Below are positions 9,473-19,491 of a stretch of 64,000 nt of DNA, one piece after another (positions within the stretch are counted from its first letter, which is position 1; each line of letters opens with the position of its first letter). Made by a program: the position numbers and the translations under genes. A model generated the notes under the pieces. It ran no database searches. It was given only the letters and a program-made list of their open reading frames with translations, and was not told the origin of the DNA. This stretch comes from an uncultured Bacillales bacterium. Its GTDB lineage: Bacteria; Bacillota_I; Bacilli_A; RF39; UBA660. The stretch lies in NCBI GenBank assembly GCA_946410555.1, contig CAMKAT010000003.1, forward strand, positions 5,007-69,006. The letters run 5' to 3'.

Positions 9473-11332
9473 CTAAATATTTGTTTTAAACTTATCTTTA
9501 TTTTTTAATTCATGAATAACTAAGCTACTCATTAGAATAATTATTAAAGCTATTAAGATACAATTTTGAACTCCAGTTTTTGGATTCATAACTGGTTCTT
9601 TATTATTTATATCATCTTCAGTACTATTATTGATTTCTTCAGCTGCATATTCTGGTTTTAAGCTTAACAATTTTGGAATGTCATATTCCCATTGATTTGC
9701 TCTTCTGTTTGCTACAGTTGGTGTTATTCCATTTATATAAGCACCAAATCCATTATCTGATGGATATTCACTCATTCTATGCCAAATCCAATTTAAATGA
9801 TATTTAGTAGCTAAATCATAGAAGTCATCTGTATATGTTCTATCGTTTGAATAATTATTTACATAATAAGCAATTAAACAGAACTCACCATAGTATAAAG
9901 GACTTCCATAACGAGCTGATACTTCATCTAAGTATTTGAAGTAATCTTCAAGTTTATCTCTACCTTGTACTAAAGCATAACCATTAGCATTAGGTTTTAC
10001 CCTTACTGTATTAAGTTCATATGTTATTCTACTTTCAGAATTGTATCCTGTAAGATCAACATTAAATTCAATTCTTACTTTTTTACCTTTAGTAATACCT
10101 ATTTTTAAATTACTAAGTGGATCCCAGAATAATTGAGAAGTTTTAGAATTACTTAATGTATAAGTATTAAATAAATCAGATATTTTAAAATATTCAAGTT
10201 TTTCTGCCGGATCAGTTGCACTTGCTTCAAATGCTAAGTGTTCAGTATTGTCTTCATCAATTTGATAAATTTTTAATGTATTAATTTTAACAGTACCATC
10301 ATCATTGAATTTAACGAAGTCAGTAACAAACCATGCGAATCTACAGTCGTTTGTAGGATCAACACATTCTACTGTTTGACTTAAATTCATGTTATCAGTA
10401 AATGAAGTATAGTTACTAATTCCTGGGGAATTATATCCTCTGTAATTACCCTTTTCAACTTCAATGCCTTTGGCAGCAGTCATATTAATAACTCTATATT
10501 CTTGACTATAAATTAAATTATTATATTCATGTCTTGAGTCGAATAAGAAGTTTCCACCTGTTACATTTGGATAAATCGAAATCTCAGGATCTACATATGG
10601 GTAGAATGATGTATCACTATATTTTCTATAATTGTGAACTGGTTGGAAAGAAATTATAGTATCAGGGTCTATTGCTCTGATTTTATTTACAGTTGTTTGT
10701 AATAAATTACTATAGTAATCTAACGCTTCTGTTTGCTCATTTCTATAACAAACTTGTGGCTCATTTAATAATTCATATCCAAGAAGAGAACCATAATCTT
10801 TAACTGTTTCTGCTAATTTTTCCCAAACTGCAAAGAATTCGCTTGTCCATGGATGTCCACCATCCGCATTAACAAAACAAAATTCATTTCCAGCTGAATT
10901 AGTAAATTGATTTGGTAAACTATCTTTTACAGCATGCATATCAAGTATTATATAAATGCCAGCATCTTCAGCGTTTTGCATTAACGTTCTTAAAGCTTCT
11001 AGATTACTCTCTTTAAATGCATGAGTTGAGTAATTATAAAATAATTCTGAAGTAACTTGGAATCTAATACTATTAAATCCTGCTTCTTTTAGAAGAGTGA
11101 ATGTTTCTAAACTCATTCTTTCAGGTTTAATGTATTCTGAACCAAATACTTGAGCAATGGCAATACCATTCATTACGAATTCATTACCATCTGAATCTAA
11201 TATCTTTCTATTTTCTACGTGTAGTTTTTCATGTCCTACATCAATATACTTATAATCATAAGCTTTAACAGGATTAATAAATGATAAAGCACAAATAATT
11301 ATAAGAAAAAAACACATGTAGTTTCTTTTCAT
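9473..11332 (-). CDS. Secreted/anchored glycoside hydrolase family 5-like (cellulase-type) protein with C-terminal NPKTG-TM tail
   Basis: Signal peptide; FNSIRFQ, LLGYELLNEPQ (acid/base Glu in NEP), YGSPLYYGEFC (nucleophile Glu), WIWHRMSE; C-terminus NPKTG + hydrophobic stretch + KNKDKFK. Confidence 0.88.
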   Translation of the reverse strand: MKRNYMCFFLIIICALSFINPVKAYDYKYIDVGHEKLHVENRKILDSDGNEFVMNGIAIAQVFGSEYIKPERMSLETFTLLKEAGFNSIRFQVTSELFYNYSTHAFKESNLEALRTLMQNAEDAGIYIILDMHAVKDSLPNQFTNSAGNEFCFVNADGGHPWTSEFFAVWEKLAETVKDYGSLLGYELLNEPQVCYRNEQTEALDYYSNLLQTTVNKIRAIDPDTIISFQPVHNYRKYSDTSFYPYVDPEISIYPNVTGGNFLFDSRHEYNNLIYSQEYRVINMTAAKGIEVEKGNYRGYNSPGISNYTSFTDNMNLSQTVECVDPTNDCRFAWFVTDFVKFNDDGTVKINTLKIYQIDEDNTEHLAFEASATDPAEKLEYFKISDLFNTYTLSNSKTSQLFWDPLSNLKIGITKGKKVRIEFNVDLTGYNSESRITYELNTVRVKPNANGYALVQGRDKLEDYFKYLDEVSARYGSPLYYGEFCLIAYYVNNYSNDRTYTDDFYDLATKYHLNWIWHRMSEYPSDNGFGAYINGITPTVANRRANQWEYDIPKLLSLKPEYAAEEINNSTEDDINNKEPVMNPKTGVQNCILIALIIILMSSLVIHELKNKDKFKTNI

Positions 11333-11412
11333 TTAAATCATCCCTATTCTTTTTATATTATATCATAAGATGATTTAAAATAAACTTTCATGTGTAAATA
11401 ATTGTATTAAAA

Positions 11413-12117
11413 TTAACCAATTAAATGATTGGCATAGAAGTAATTTATTATATCTTGTTGAGATGGTTTAACACATGTAAAATTAGGGTTTTCACCACTC
11501 GTTGTTGGAGCTTCTGGATTTCCAATTGATTTGTATAATAATTCAAATGTTTTACCATCAAACATATTCCAATCATTTCTATAACAATTTCCATTAGTTA
11601 ATCCTTGTGCTGTAGCAGCACCCTTCTTTGTTGCAAAATATTTAAATATTGAAAATTCAGGTGTCATACTAACAATATCTGATACTGTAATATCTCTATT
11701 TTGAGGAGTTACATGGTCATAATCAAATCCTTTATTAATAAAAAAATCGTCTGAATATAGAGTCATAAAATAGCTATAATTATCAACCTCGCCGCTTACT
11801 GAAGGATCAGTTGACCAATTGAAGTATCCTATAGAACCTTTAATATTATTTTGACCAATATTCAAGTCTTCATTTATGTCATAATATATCATTATATAGC
11901 CATCATAATCAGCAAATCGTTCACCTTGTTTATCTAAATCTTCGATATATTTCTTTTCAGCTGCTTGAATAGCTAAATTTGCTACTTCTATAATAGTATT
12001 CTTTTTAGAAGTATTAATTATATTAAGTACATTAGGTATAGCTATTACAAGTAATATTCCTAAGATTACTATTACTGCAAGTAACTCTACTAATGTAAAT
12101 CCTTTGTTCTTTTTCAT
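11413..12117 (-). CDS. Type IV pilin / pseudopilin-like protein (class III signal peptide)
   Basis: MKKNKGFTLVELLAVIVILGILLVIAIPNVLNII: prepilin peptidase site G^FTLVE and hydrophobic N-terminal helix. Confidence 0.9.
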   Translation of the reverse strand: MKKNKGFTLVELLAVIVILGILLVIAIPNVLNIINTSKKNTIIEVANLAIQAAEKKYIEDLDKQGERFADYDGYIMIYYDINEDLNIGQNNIKGSIGYFNWSTDPSVSGEVDNYSYFMTLYSDDFFINKGFDYDHVTPQNRDITVSDIVSMTPEFSIFKYFATKKGAATAQGLTNGNCYRNDWNMFDGKTFELLYKSIGNPEAPTTSGENPNFTCVKPSQQDIINYFYANHLIG

Positions 12118-12216
12118 ATCTTCTCACCTACTATAAGTATATCATAGATAGAAATAAAAAAAGATTATAATAATAAATTATAATCTAAGTATACATTTTT
12201 TTGATAAGATTATTCT

Positions 12217-13332
12217 TTATCTATGTATCTCATGTAACTCTTCTTTAGTATGCAAATTAATTTCATATATTTCTTTTAATAATTTATTTTTACAATCTTC
12301 ATATTCACTTATATTAATATGTGTATTTTCATCTAATTCATGTGGATATGAATAAATGTTAATATTGTTAAAGTTATACTCTATTCTTCTTACATTTCTT
12401 AAAAGTTTATCAGATAAATTTCTTTGAATTTCTTCATGCTGATCTTTTAAAGTTAAAATCATGTTATCTAGATTATCTTCAGTGTATCCTTTATTCTTTA
12501 ATATGTTTCTTTTAACTTCAAAACTAATCTCTTTAGCATTAAATCTAACTGGCAAGAAGGTTGGTACAATTACTTCTTTTACATTTATGTTTTCTAAATT
12601 TGAAAACAATATTGAAAGAGCTACCAATGCTCCTGGATTAATTCCTGTTAGATTTTCTGGATATTCTATATTATCGATATTATCTTCTTTTTCAAAAGAA
12701 TCATTTACCTTGAATAATTTTCTTTTTATTTTCTTTTCGAATGATGAAGGTTCTTTTTTATTGTTCATTTGTTGTACTGCATAAATATATGCTTTATTAT
12801 CACTAATACCAAATCTTACAACAGGTAGATCATATCTTGATTCGCCATTTATACATACCGAATGAAGTGCATATGGTGTTTCTTCATAGATTGGTTCTTT
12901 TTCAATACTTGATTCAATATTACATTCTAAGATTTCACTATATTTACTATTATTGATTTCTAACTTGTTGTCTAAAAAATCTATATATCTTTTTATATAT
13001 TTATTTGGATTCTTAAAATCTTCAGAAGTTGCATTATTCCATAAAAGAGTAAGTACAGCTTTATCATAATTTATATCTTCATCTAAAGTACCATTATAAA
13101 AGACAGATGCTTTATTGTAATACTCTATTAATAGATTGTTGAACTCTTCAAGATTATTTATTTCTAAACAAGGAATAAACAAATCATTATTATTTTTCAT
13201 ATTATCTGATGCTTTATATAAATATTTACCATTTACTTTAGTTTCAAATAATACGTTATACATCATAACTGCATCTACACGACCTATGGATGCTTCTTTT
13301 AAAATTTCATCAAAGAATAAATCTATTATCAT
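12217..13332 (-). CDS. Hypothetical protein, 371 aa
   Basis: Long ORF, soluble, no recognised family. Confidence 0.65.
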   Translation of the reverse strand: MIIDLFFDEILKEASIGRVDAVMMYNVLFETKVNGKYLYKASDNMKNNNDLFIPCLEINNLEEFNNLLIEYYNKASVFYNGTLDEDINYDKAVLTLLWNNATSEDFKNPNKYIKRYIDFLDNKLEINNSKYSEILECNIESSIEKEPIYEETPYALHSVCINGESRYDLPVVRFGISDNKAYIYAVQQMNNKKEPSSFEKKIKRKLFKVNDSFEKEDNIDNIEYPENLTGINPGALVALSILFSNLENINVKEVIVPTFLPVRFNAKEISFEVKRNILKNKGYTEDNLDNMILTLKDQHEEIQRNLSDKLLRNVRRIEYNFNNINIYSYPHELDENTHINISEYEDCKNKLLKEIYEINLHTKEELHEIHR

Positions 13333-13398
13333 TTATATCACCTATTCATTAGTTATTATAACATAAAAAAGATGTAAGTTTTTACTTACATCTATTAG

Positions 13399-14232
13399 TT
13401 AACATCTTCTACTTAATGTTTTTTGATCAACTTCTTTTTTTACTATATTTAAATAACATAATAGATTTATTAAATCTTCATAAGTGTAGAATGTACCTCT
13501 TTTATCACCTTCGATTTTATCAGCAAGATGGAAGATAACACTCTTTTTATCAAAAGTTAATTGAATATTTAAAACAAAGTCTTCAGTTCTTAAGAATAAA
13601 CCTTTTATACCACCATCAATAAAACTAAATTCAGAATATTTAATTTTCTTATATAATTCATTTTCTTCCATTTCTTCAGGTGTATAGTTTTCCCTTGGTT
13701 TTAATTTATATTGAACATCTTCAATGTGATGAGGAAGAATTCCTCCATGTCCTAACCCATCTTCATCAAAACTAGTTTCAATTAAATGATTATTTAAAGT
13801 ATTTAAGTCTTGAAACTCATGATCATCAAATATAACATAATCTGTTACTTCAGGGTGTTCAATTAAATATGCTTGAATATCGTATTCTTTCCACATCTTT
13901 TGACCAAATGGAAAGTTTGGATTTGGTACACATGGTGTTGTACCTATGTAAGGAATGTCATATTTTTTAAAGACTTCTATCACTCTATCTATTACTGTTT
14001 CTTCTCCAAGGACTTCATAATATTCAAGTCCATATTTCCATGAGGATGATATTACGACCTTTAAATCATATTTATCTACGATTTTCTTCAAAGTAACAAA
14101 TTTATCTTCTAACATAAATAATTGATTATTATTTTCATGACGATGTTTATATTCATAATTAATTAAATAATCATCAGTCATTACTCCGTCCATATCTAAA
14201 AATACTACTTTCATAAACTCACCTACTTTCAT
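13399..14232 (-). CDS. HAD-superfamily protein (HAD domain of the Swiss-Army-Knife/HAD_SAK type)
   Basis: VVFLDMDGVMTDD (motif I), KVVISSSWKYG (motif II S), DYVIFDDHEF (acidic motif). Internal ATG (MKVVFL) may be the true start. Confidence 0.75.
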   Translation of the reverse strand: MKVGEFMKVVFLDMDGVMTDDYLINYEYKHRHENNNQLFMLEDKFVTLKKIVDKYDLKVVISSSWKYGLEYYEVLGEETVIDRVIEVFKKYDIPYIGTTPCVPNPNFPFGQKMWKEYDIQAYLIEHPEVTDYVIFDDHEFQDLNTLNNHLIETSFDEDGLGHGGILPHHIEDVQYKLKPRENYTPEEMEENELYKKIKYSEFSFIDGGIKGLFLRTEDFVLNIQLTFDKKSVIFHLADKIEGDKRGTFYTYEDLINLLCYLNIVKKEVDQKTLSRRC

Positions 14233-14340
14233 TTATATTATAAGATTTATATTAAAAATATACAAATCAATTTCTTTAGGGACTGCCTATTATATTACTA
14301 TTTTATTAAAAGTCAATGAAAAAGATATCCTAAGATATCT

Positions 14341-14877
14341 TTATTCAATATTAGTTAATATATAATCAAAATCTTCAGTATTAAAACGAGTACCACAATA
14401 AGGACATACTCCATAAGCATTAACATTTGCTGGGCTACCACATGCTGGACAATGCATACTCACCTTTATATCTTTAGCGTCTACTCTTTTTTCTAAAGTT
14501 AGAGTTAAAGTATGTTCTTCACGAGTATCATCATTACCACTTTTAAATTTTAAAGTAGTTTTATCTACTAAGTAATTCATATATCTACATATAAGCATTA
14601 CTTTAACTATAATTTTATCTTCAGTTTTAGTAATATTTGTAATACTTGATGTTTTAACATTTAATTCATCATACATTTGTCTAACATTTTTACTATTATT
14701 CTCATCTAAGATTTCTTTATACTTTTCAAATAATTCAGGAGTCATTTTATGTTTAACTCTATTTAAATCATCAAACATTATTCCTGTATATAAAAGTATA
14801 AATATATTATCTACTTTAGATAAGAACATACTATTATTGATCGTTGAATCATAATTATTAATATTCATAAAACCCAC
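14341..14877 (-). CDS. Small soluble Tim44/NTF2-like protein with C-terminal zinc ribbon
   Basis: C-terminal CPACG-x9-CPYCG; upstream region shares pattern with the two neighbouring genes (KxxMTPELFEKYKEIL..., IVKVMLICRYMNYLVD). Confidence 0.65.
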   Translation of the reverse strand: MGFMNINNYDSTINNSMFLSKVDNIFILLYTGIMFDDLNRVKHKMTPELFEKYKEILDENNSKNVRQMYDELNVKTSSITNITKTEDKIIVKVMLICRYMNYLVDKTTLKFKSGNDDTREEHTLTLTLEKRVDAKDIKVSMHCPACGSPANVNAYGVCPYCGTRFNTEDFDYILTNIE

Positions 14878-14878
14878 C

Positions 14879-16261
14879 TTACCTTTGTTTTATTATTTTC
14901 TTTTTTATGATAATAAATCTATTTGTTGAATCAATTAAGTTAGCTCCACATGATGCACATGTTTTACTTGCTGAATCAATTACTTCAGCACCACAGTTAG
15001 GACAATTTTTAACTACTTTGTTAACACCCTTTTCTACATATAATTCATAAGAACATGAGTGTGTAATTTCATCACCTTGAGTGATTTTACCTTTTTCATT
15101 AACTATGTAATCAACTTGTTCTACATTAAGAATAACAATCATTGAAAGTATATTATTATGGACTTCAATATTGTTTATCTTGCCACTTATAAGTTCTATA
15201 TCTTTCATTATATTTTGTTCTTTTTTAAGTTTAAGTGTCTCTAATTGATATTTATAACTATTATATAATTCATCAGATACTAGTTTACGCATTTCCTCAT
15301 AATCAAAGTTACTCCATGCATATTGAAGTGATTCATAAGTCTTATAAACTTCATTAATAATATTATCTTTTGTTAGTGTTGGATCTAACTTTAATATTTC
15401 ATCAAAATCTATTGGAACTGAAGTGCTTCTAAACTCATTATTAATATTATAATCTACTTCTTTAGTATTAAATATAATTGATTCATCATCTAAGTTTAAA
15501 TCTAGTCCTAAAGAATATACTATAAACATAGGTTTAAGAGTTCCTTCTGTAATCTTAGATTCACCATCTACATAGTAGTTCTTTTCAATAGATGTAAGTG
15601 ATACATCAAAGATAGCTATATTGTCTATTAAATTAACTCTTTTAATTTTTACATTTTCTACCGTTACATCATCAATTACTTGATAGTTATTATTCTTATT
15701 GAATTCATTTATTCTACCTTCAAGGAAAATATAGAAATTATCAGATGTAATACTTCTTAAAGTAGTTAAATCTCTTTTAGTATATGCCTTTTGTAATTTT
15801 TTATACGCATCTCCAATTAAAGAAACAATGTATTCTTTAGTATATTTAGAATCTTTTTCTTTAATAGCATTAAGAATATTATTAATTACTTCAGCATCTA
15901 TATGATTATCTATATATTTTGTATCACTAGCAGCAGTATATATTTTAATACCATTGTTAGGTTTACCCATCAATATTGTAAGCATTATCATTCCACCTAC
16001 GAATAGCATAAATACTAAAAGCATTCCTAATTCAAATTCAGGAGAAGTATTAGAAGTGCTAGTTCCACCACCATATGAATATGAATAGTCATGGGATGAG
16101 TAATCAGAACCCCAAGATGAATATCCACCATAGTCACTGCTTGAATAACTACCACCATAACTATAGTCAAATCCTGAATCAGCTAGACTAATCTTAGGAA
16201 TAACTATAACCATAGCAATTAAAAATACTATTAATACTTTAGATATATTTTTTATTTTCAT
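14879..16261 (-). CDS. Membrane protein: signal peptide, SYG-rich loop, TM, two Tim44-like domains, zinc ribbon
   Basis: LADSGFDYSYGGSYSSSDYGG...; TM LLVFMLFVGGMIMLTILM; two related domains (AYKKLQKAYTKRDLTTLRSITSDNFY / TYESLQYAWSNFDYEEMRKLVSDELY); CPNCG..CASCG. Confidence 0.8.
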   Translation of the reverse strand: MKIKNISKVLIVFLIAMVIVIPKISLADSGFDYSYGGSYSSSDYGGYSSWGSDYSSHDYSYSYGGGTSTSNTSPEFELGMLLVFMLFVGGMIMLTILMGKPNNGIKIYTAASDTKYIDNHIDAEVINNILNAIKEKDSKYTKEYIVSLIGDAYKKLQKAYTKRDLTTLRSITSDNFYIFLEGRINEFNKNNNYQVIDDVTVENVKIKRVNLIDNIAIFDVSLTSIEKNYYVDGESKITEGTLKPMFIVYSLGLDLNLDDESIIFNTKEVDYNINNEFRSTSVPIDFDEILKLDPTLTKDNIINEVYKTYESLQYAWSNFDYEEMRKLVSDELYNSYKYQLETLKLKKEQNIMKDIELISGKINNIEVHNNILSMIVILNVEQVDYIVNEKGKITQGDEITHSCSYELYVEKGVNKVVKNCPNCGAEVIDSASKTCASCGANLIDSTNRFIIIKKKIIKQR

Positions 16262-16273
16262 AGCTATCCCTTT

Positions 16274-17662
16274 CTATTGTCTAATTATTTCTTTCTTAAC
16301 AATTATAAAATCTTTACTTACATCCACAATGTCTGCACCACAGGATATACATTTTTGACTTGCTGAATCATTAAGTGGAGCACCACAGTTTGGACATTTA
16401 TCTAACTTTTTATCATCAATACCTTTTTCTAAATATAATCTATAAGAAACCATATTTTCTTCTTTGTTTCCTCTGACCACTTTATTCTTATCAGTATTAA
16501 TAATGTAATCTCTTTGAGTAACAATAAGTTCTAAACTTATATATAATTTCTTGTTATTTATAGAATAATCACGGATAGTACCACCAATGTATTTAATGTC
16601 TTCCATTACATTTCTTTGATTTTTAATTTTTAATGTATCTAATTGTAATTTATAGTTATTATATAATTCATCAGATACAAGCTTACGCATTTCTTCATAA
16701 TCAAAGTTACTCCATGCATATTGAAGATTCTCATAAACCTCAAATGCTTTATTAATAATATTTTCTTTAGTTAAGTTTTCATCTATTGATAAAAGATCTT
16801 CAATAAAGATTTCATGATTATTAGTATTTTTATAATCTACAAGTTTAGTATTAAACTTAACTTCTTCAGTATCTATATTAACATCTAATCCTAAGAAATA
16901 TGAGTAAAGTTTATAATTTGAATCACCAGAAATAATATATTTCTTGTCATCAATATAATAACTAGTTTCTTTAGCAGTTAAAGAAACATCCATATTAATA
17001 TTTCTATCAATTAAATTAATTGAATTTATATAAACACTTTTAACTTCATCGACACTAATAATATGGTATTCTTTTTTAGTGTCAAAAGAATGAAATCTTA
17101 ATTTATAAAATTCATATAAATTGTCAGAGGTGATCTTTCTAATTTCATCTAAATTATGATTTGAATAACACTTTTGTAATTTGATATATGCTTCCTTTAT
17201 TAAACTAATAAGTTTTCTTCTATCAAGAGAGCTATTTAACTCAGCGATTTTTTCAAATGTTCCTTCGATTTTTTCCCTTTTTATTCTTTCTTGAGCAAGT
17301 ACTCTACTTTGTTCTCTTCTTTCTGATTCAATACGTTTTTTATTTTTCATCAAATATTTGATTTCATCCATTTTTCTTTCCATAGCATTAAGAACAGGCA
17401 TCATTAGCACAGTAAGAACTATTACTAATATCATTACAAAAGTCATAGTTGCATCAAAGTGAGGATCATAATAAGTGGAACCTGAGCTTGACCCAGATGA
17501 GCTATATGATGAACCACCTGAATAACTACTAGAACCTCCAGAAGAACCGCCGCTATAACTATAATCAAAACCAGAATCAGCTAAACTGACTCTGGTAATT
17601 ACTACAGTTAATACTAGTACAAAAATAATTAAAGTTTTTGAAATTATTTTTAGTCTATTCAT
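16274..17662 (-). CDS. Paralogue of 14879..16261 (signal peptide, SYG-rich loop, TM, two Tim44-like domains, zinc ribbon)
   Basis: LADSGFDYSYSGGSSGGSSSYSGG...; AWSNFDYEEMRKLVSDELYNNYKLQLDTLKIK; CPNCG..CISCG. Confidence 0.8.
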   Translation of the reverse strand: MNRLKIISKTLIIFVLVLTVVITRVSLADSGFDYSYSGGSSGGSSSYSGGSSYSSSGSSSGSTYYDPHFDATMTFVMILVIVLTVLMMPVLNAMERKMDEIKYLMKNKKRIESERREQSRVLAQERIKREKIEGTFEKIAELNSSLDRRKLISLIKEAYIKLQKCYSNHNLDEIRKITSDNLYEFYKLRFHSFDTKKEYHIISVDEVKSVYINSINLIDRNINMDVSLTAKETSYYIDDKKYIISGDSNYKLYSYFLGLDVNIDTEEVKFNTKLVDYKNTNNHEIFIEDLLSIDENLTKENIINKAFEVYENLQYAWSNFDYEEMRKLVSDELYNNYKLQLDTLKIKNQRNVMEDIKYIGGTIRDYSINNKKLYISLELIVTQRDYIINTDKNKVVRGNKEENMVSYRLYLEKGIDDKKLDKCPNCGAPLNDSASQKCISCGADIVDVSKDFIIVKKEIIRQ

Positions 17663-17670
17663 ATTAATCC

Positions 17671-19491
17671 CTACATGTTATTTTTAAATTTATCTATTCG
17701 TTTAATTAAATAAATGACTCCGGCTATTAAAGTTATTAATAAAAGACATATAAGTAAATTACTTGTTATTCCTGTCTTTGGATTCATTATTTTGTTTGCC
17801 ACTTTTTCTTCAGCATTTGTTGGATCATCAACTTGTGTATCTTCAGTTGATGCTGCATATTCACCTGGTTGTGTTAACATTGTTGGAATTACATATTCCC
17901 ACATAGAAGATCTTCTGTTTGCTACAGTTGGTGTAATACCATTTACATATGCACCATAACCATTATCTACAGGATATTCACTCATTCTATGCCACATCCA
18001 GCTAACATGATATTGAGAAGACACTCTTAAGAATTCGTCAGTATAGTTTTTATAACCACTATAATCATTAAACATTTGTGACATCATACAATATTCACCA
18101 ATAAATATTGGACTACCATATCTTTTAGCTATCGAATCAAGGTTTTGAATAGTTTTTTCAAACTTATTATTACCTGTCATAATAGTGTTTCCAACTTCAT
18201 TAGCTTGAGTTACTTCTCTTACGTTATATCTTAAGTAATATCTACTATTACTTTCAAATTCAGATACATGTACATCCATTTCAACTTGAATAGTTTCACC
18301 AGCATACATACCTAAAACTAAACTTTGAAATTCAGAACCAACTATATCTTTTCCATGAGACATTGTTATTTCATCGAACATACTCTTAATATTGTACATT
18401 TTAAGTTTTTCTGGATCATCATTTTTATTTGCTTCTAGAGCAAGTACTTTTTCGCCATTTACCATTTTGTAAATTCTTAATTCATTTACCTGTAATGTAC
18501 CACTATTAAAGTTTTGTATTTGAACTGCTAACCATGGAATTGTGCAATCTTTTGTACATGAAATTTCAGTAGAAATTGTAAAATCATTTGATGTAACATT
18601 AACATAATCATCTGCATGATAATGTTGATTTGTTTTAGCACCAGTTGCAATACCTACATAAACAATATCTTGGAAAGATTCTTTTTGAGGGCGCGGATAT
18701 ATATGTTTAACATCTAATAAAAAGTTTGAACCTGTTACATCAGGATAAGGATCAATATTCATTGTTTGATAATTATAATTTTCATCTGATTTTCTAATAC
18801 TATTGATTGGTTGAAATGAAATGATAGTTTCTGAATCTATAGCTCTAATTCTTTCAATTGCAGTTTGAAGTAATCCATTATAATAATTTCTTACTCCTGT
18901 TTGAGTTTCAGAACCCTTAATACAAGCAGTTGGTTCATTAACTAACTCATAAGCAAGTACAGATTTATAATCTTTAGATACTGTTGCTAATTTTTCCCAA
19001 AGAAGGAAGAAATCTTCTTCATATGGACTACCATCAGTACTTACTAAACAGAATTGGTTTTCACCTTCAATTTTAACACTGTGAACATTACCATCTTTTA
19101 AACTATGTAAATCTACGATTATATACATACCTACTTCTTCAGCACGTCTTAAATAATCAGTGAATACATCTATATTTGATTGAATAAATTCTTTAGTTTC
19201 AAAATTATAGAATAAATCTCCTCTTAATTGGAATCTAATTGTATTAAATCCAGTTTCTTTAAGAAGTGTTAAAGTTTCAGTTGAAATTCTTTCTTCATTA
19301 AATGTCCCAGCTTGGAATACATTAACTACTGCCATTCCTTTCATAACAAACTCGTTGGAATCACTGTCTACCATTTTTCTATTAACAACTTTAATTTTTT
19401 CTTTACCAACATTTATGTATTGGTATTCTTGAGCATTTACACAAAAAGGCATTAATGTAAAAACTAATAAAGTAAAAATTAATCTTTTCAT
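17671..19491 (-). CDS. Second GH5-like glycoside hydrolase with C-terminal NPKTG-TM tail
   Basis: Paralogue of 9473..11332; VLAYELVNEPT, YGSPIFIGEYC, WMWHRMSEYP; C-terminus NPKTGITSNLLICLLLITLIAGVIYLIKRIDKFKNNM. Confidence 0.88.
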   Translation of the reverse strand: MKRLIFTLLVFTLMPFCVNAQEYQYINVGKEKIKVVNRKMVDSDSNEFVMKGMAVVNVFQAGTFNEERISTETLTLLKETGFNTIRFQLRGDLFYNFETKEFIQSNIDVFTDYLRRAEEVGMYIIVDLHSLKDGNVHSVKIEGENQFCLVSTDGSPYEEDFFLLWEKLATVSKDYKSVLAYELVNEPTACIKGSETQTGVRNYYNGLLQTAIERIRAIDSETIISFQPINSIRKSDENYNYQTMNIDPYPDVTGSNFLLDVKHIYPRPQKESFQDIVYVGIATGAKTNQHYHADDYVNVTSNDFTISTEISCTKDCTIPWLAVQIQNFNSGTLQVNELRIYKMVNGEKVLALEANKNDDPEKLKMYNIKSMFDEITMSHGKDIVGSEFQSLVLGMYAGETIQVEMDVHVSEFESNSRYYLRYNVREVTQANEVGNTIMTGNNKFEKTIQNLDSIAKRYGSPIFIGEYCMMSQMFNDYSGYKNYTDEFLRVSSQYHVSWMWHRMSEYPVDNGYGAYVNGITPTVANRRSSMWEYVIPTMLTQPGEYAASTEDTQVDDPTNAEEKVANKIMNPKTGITSNLLICLLLITLIAGVIYLIKRIDKFKNNM

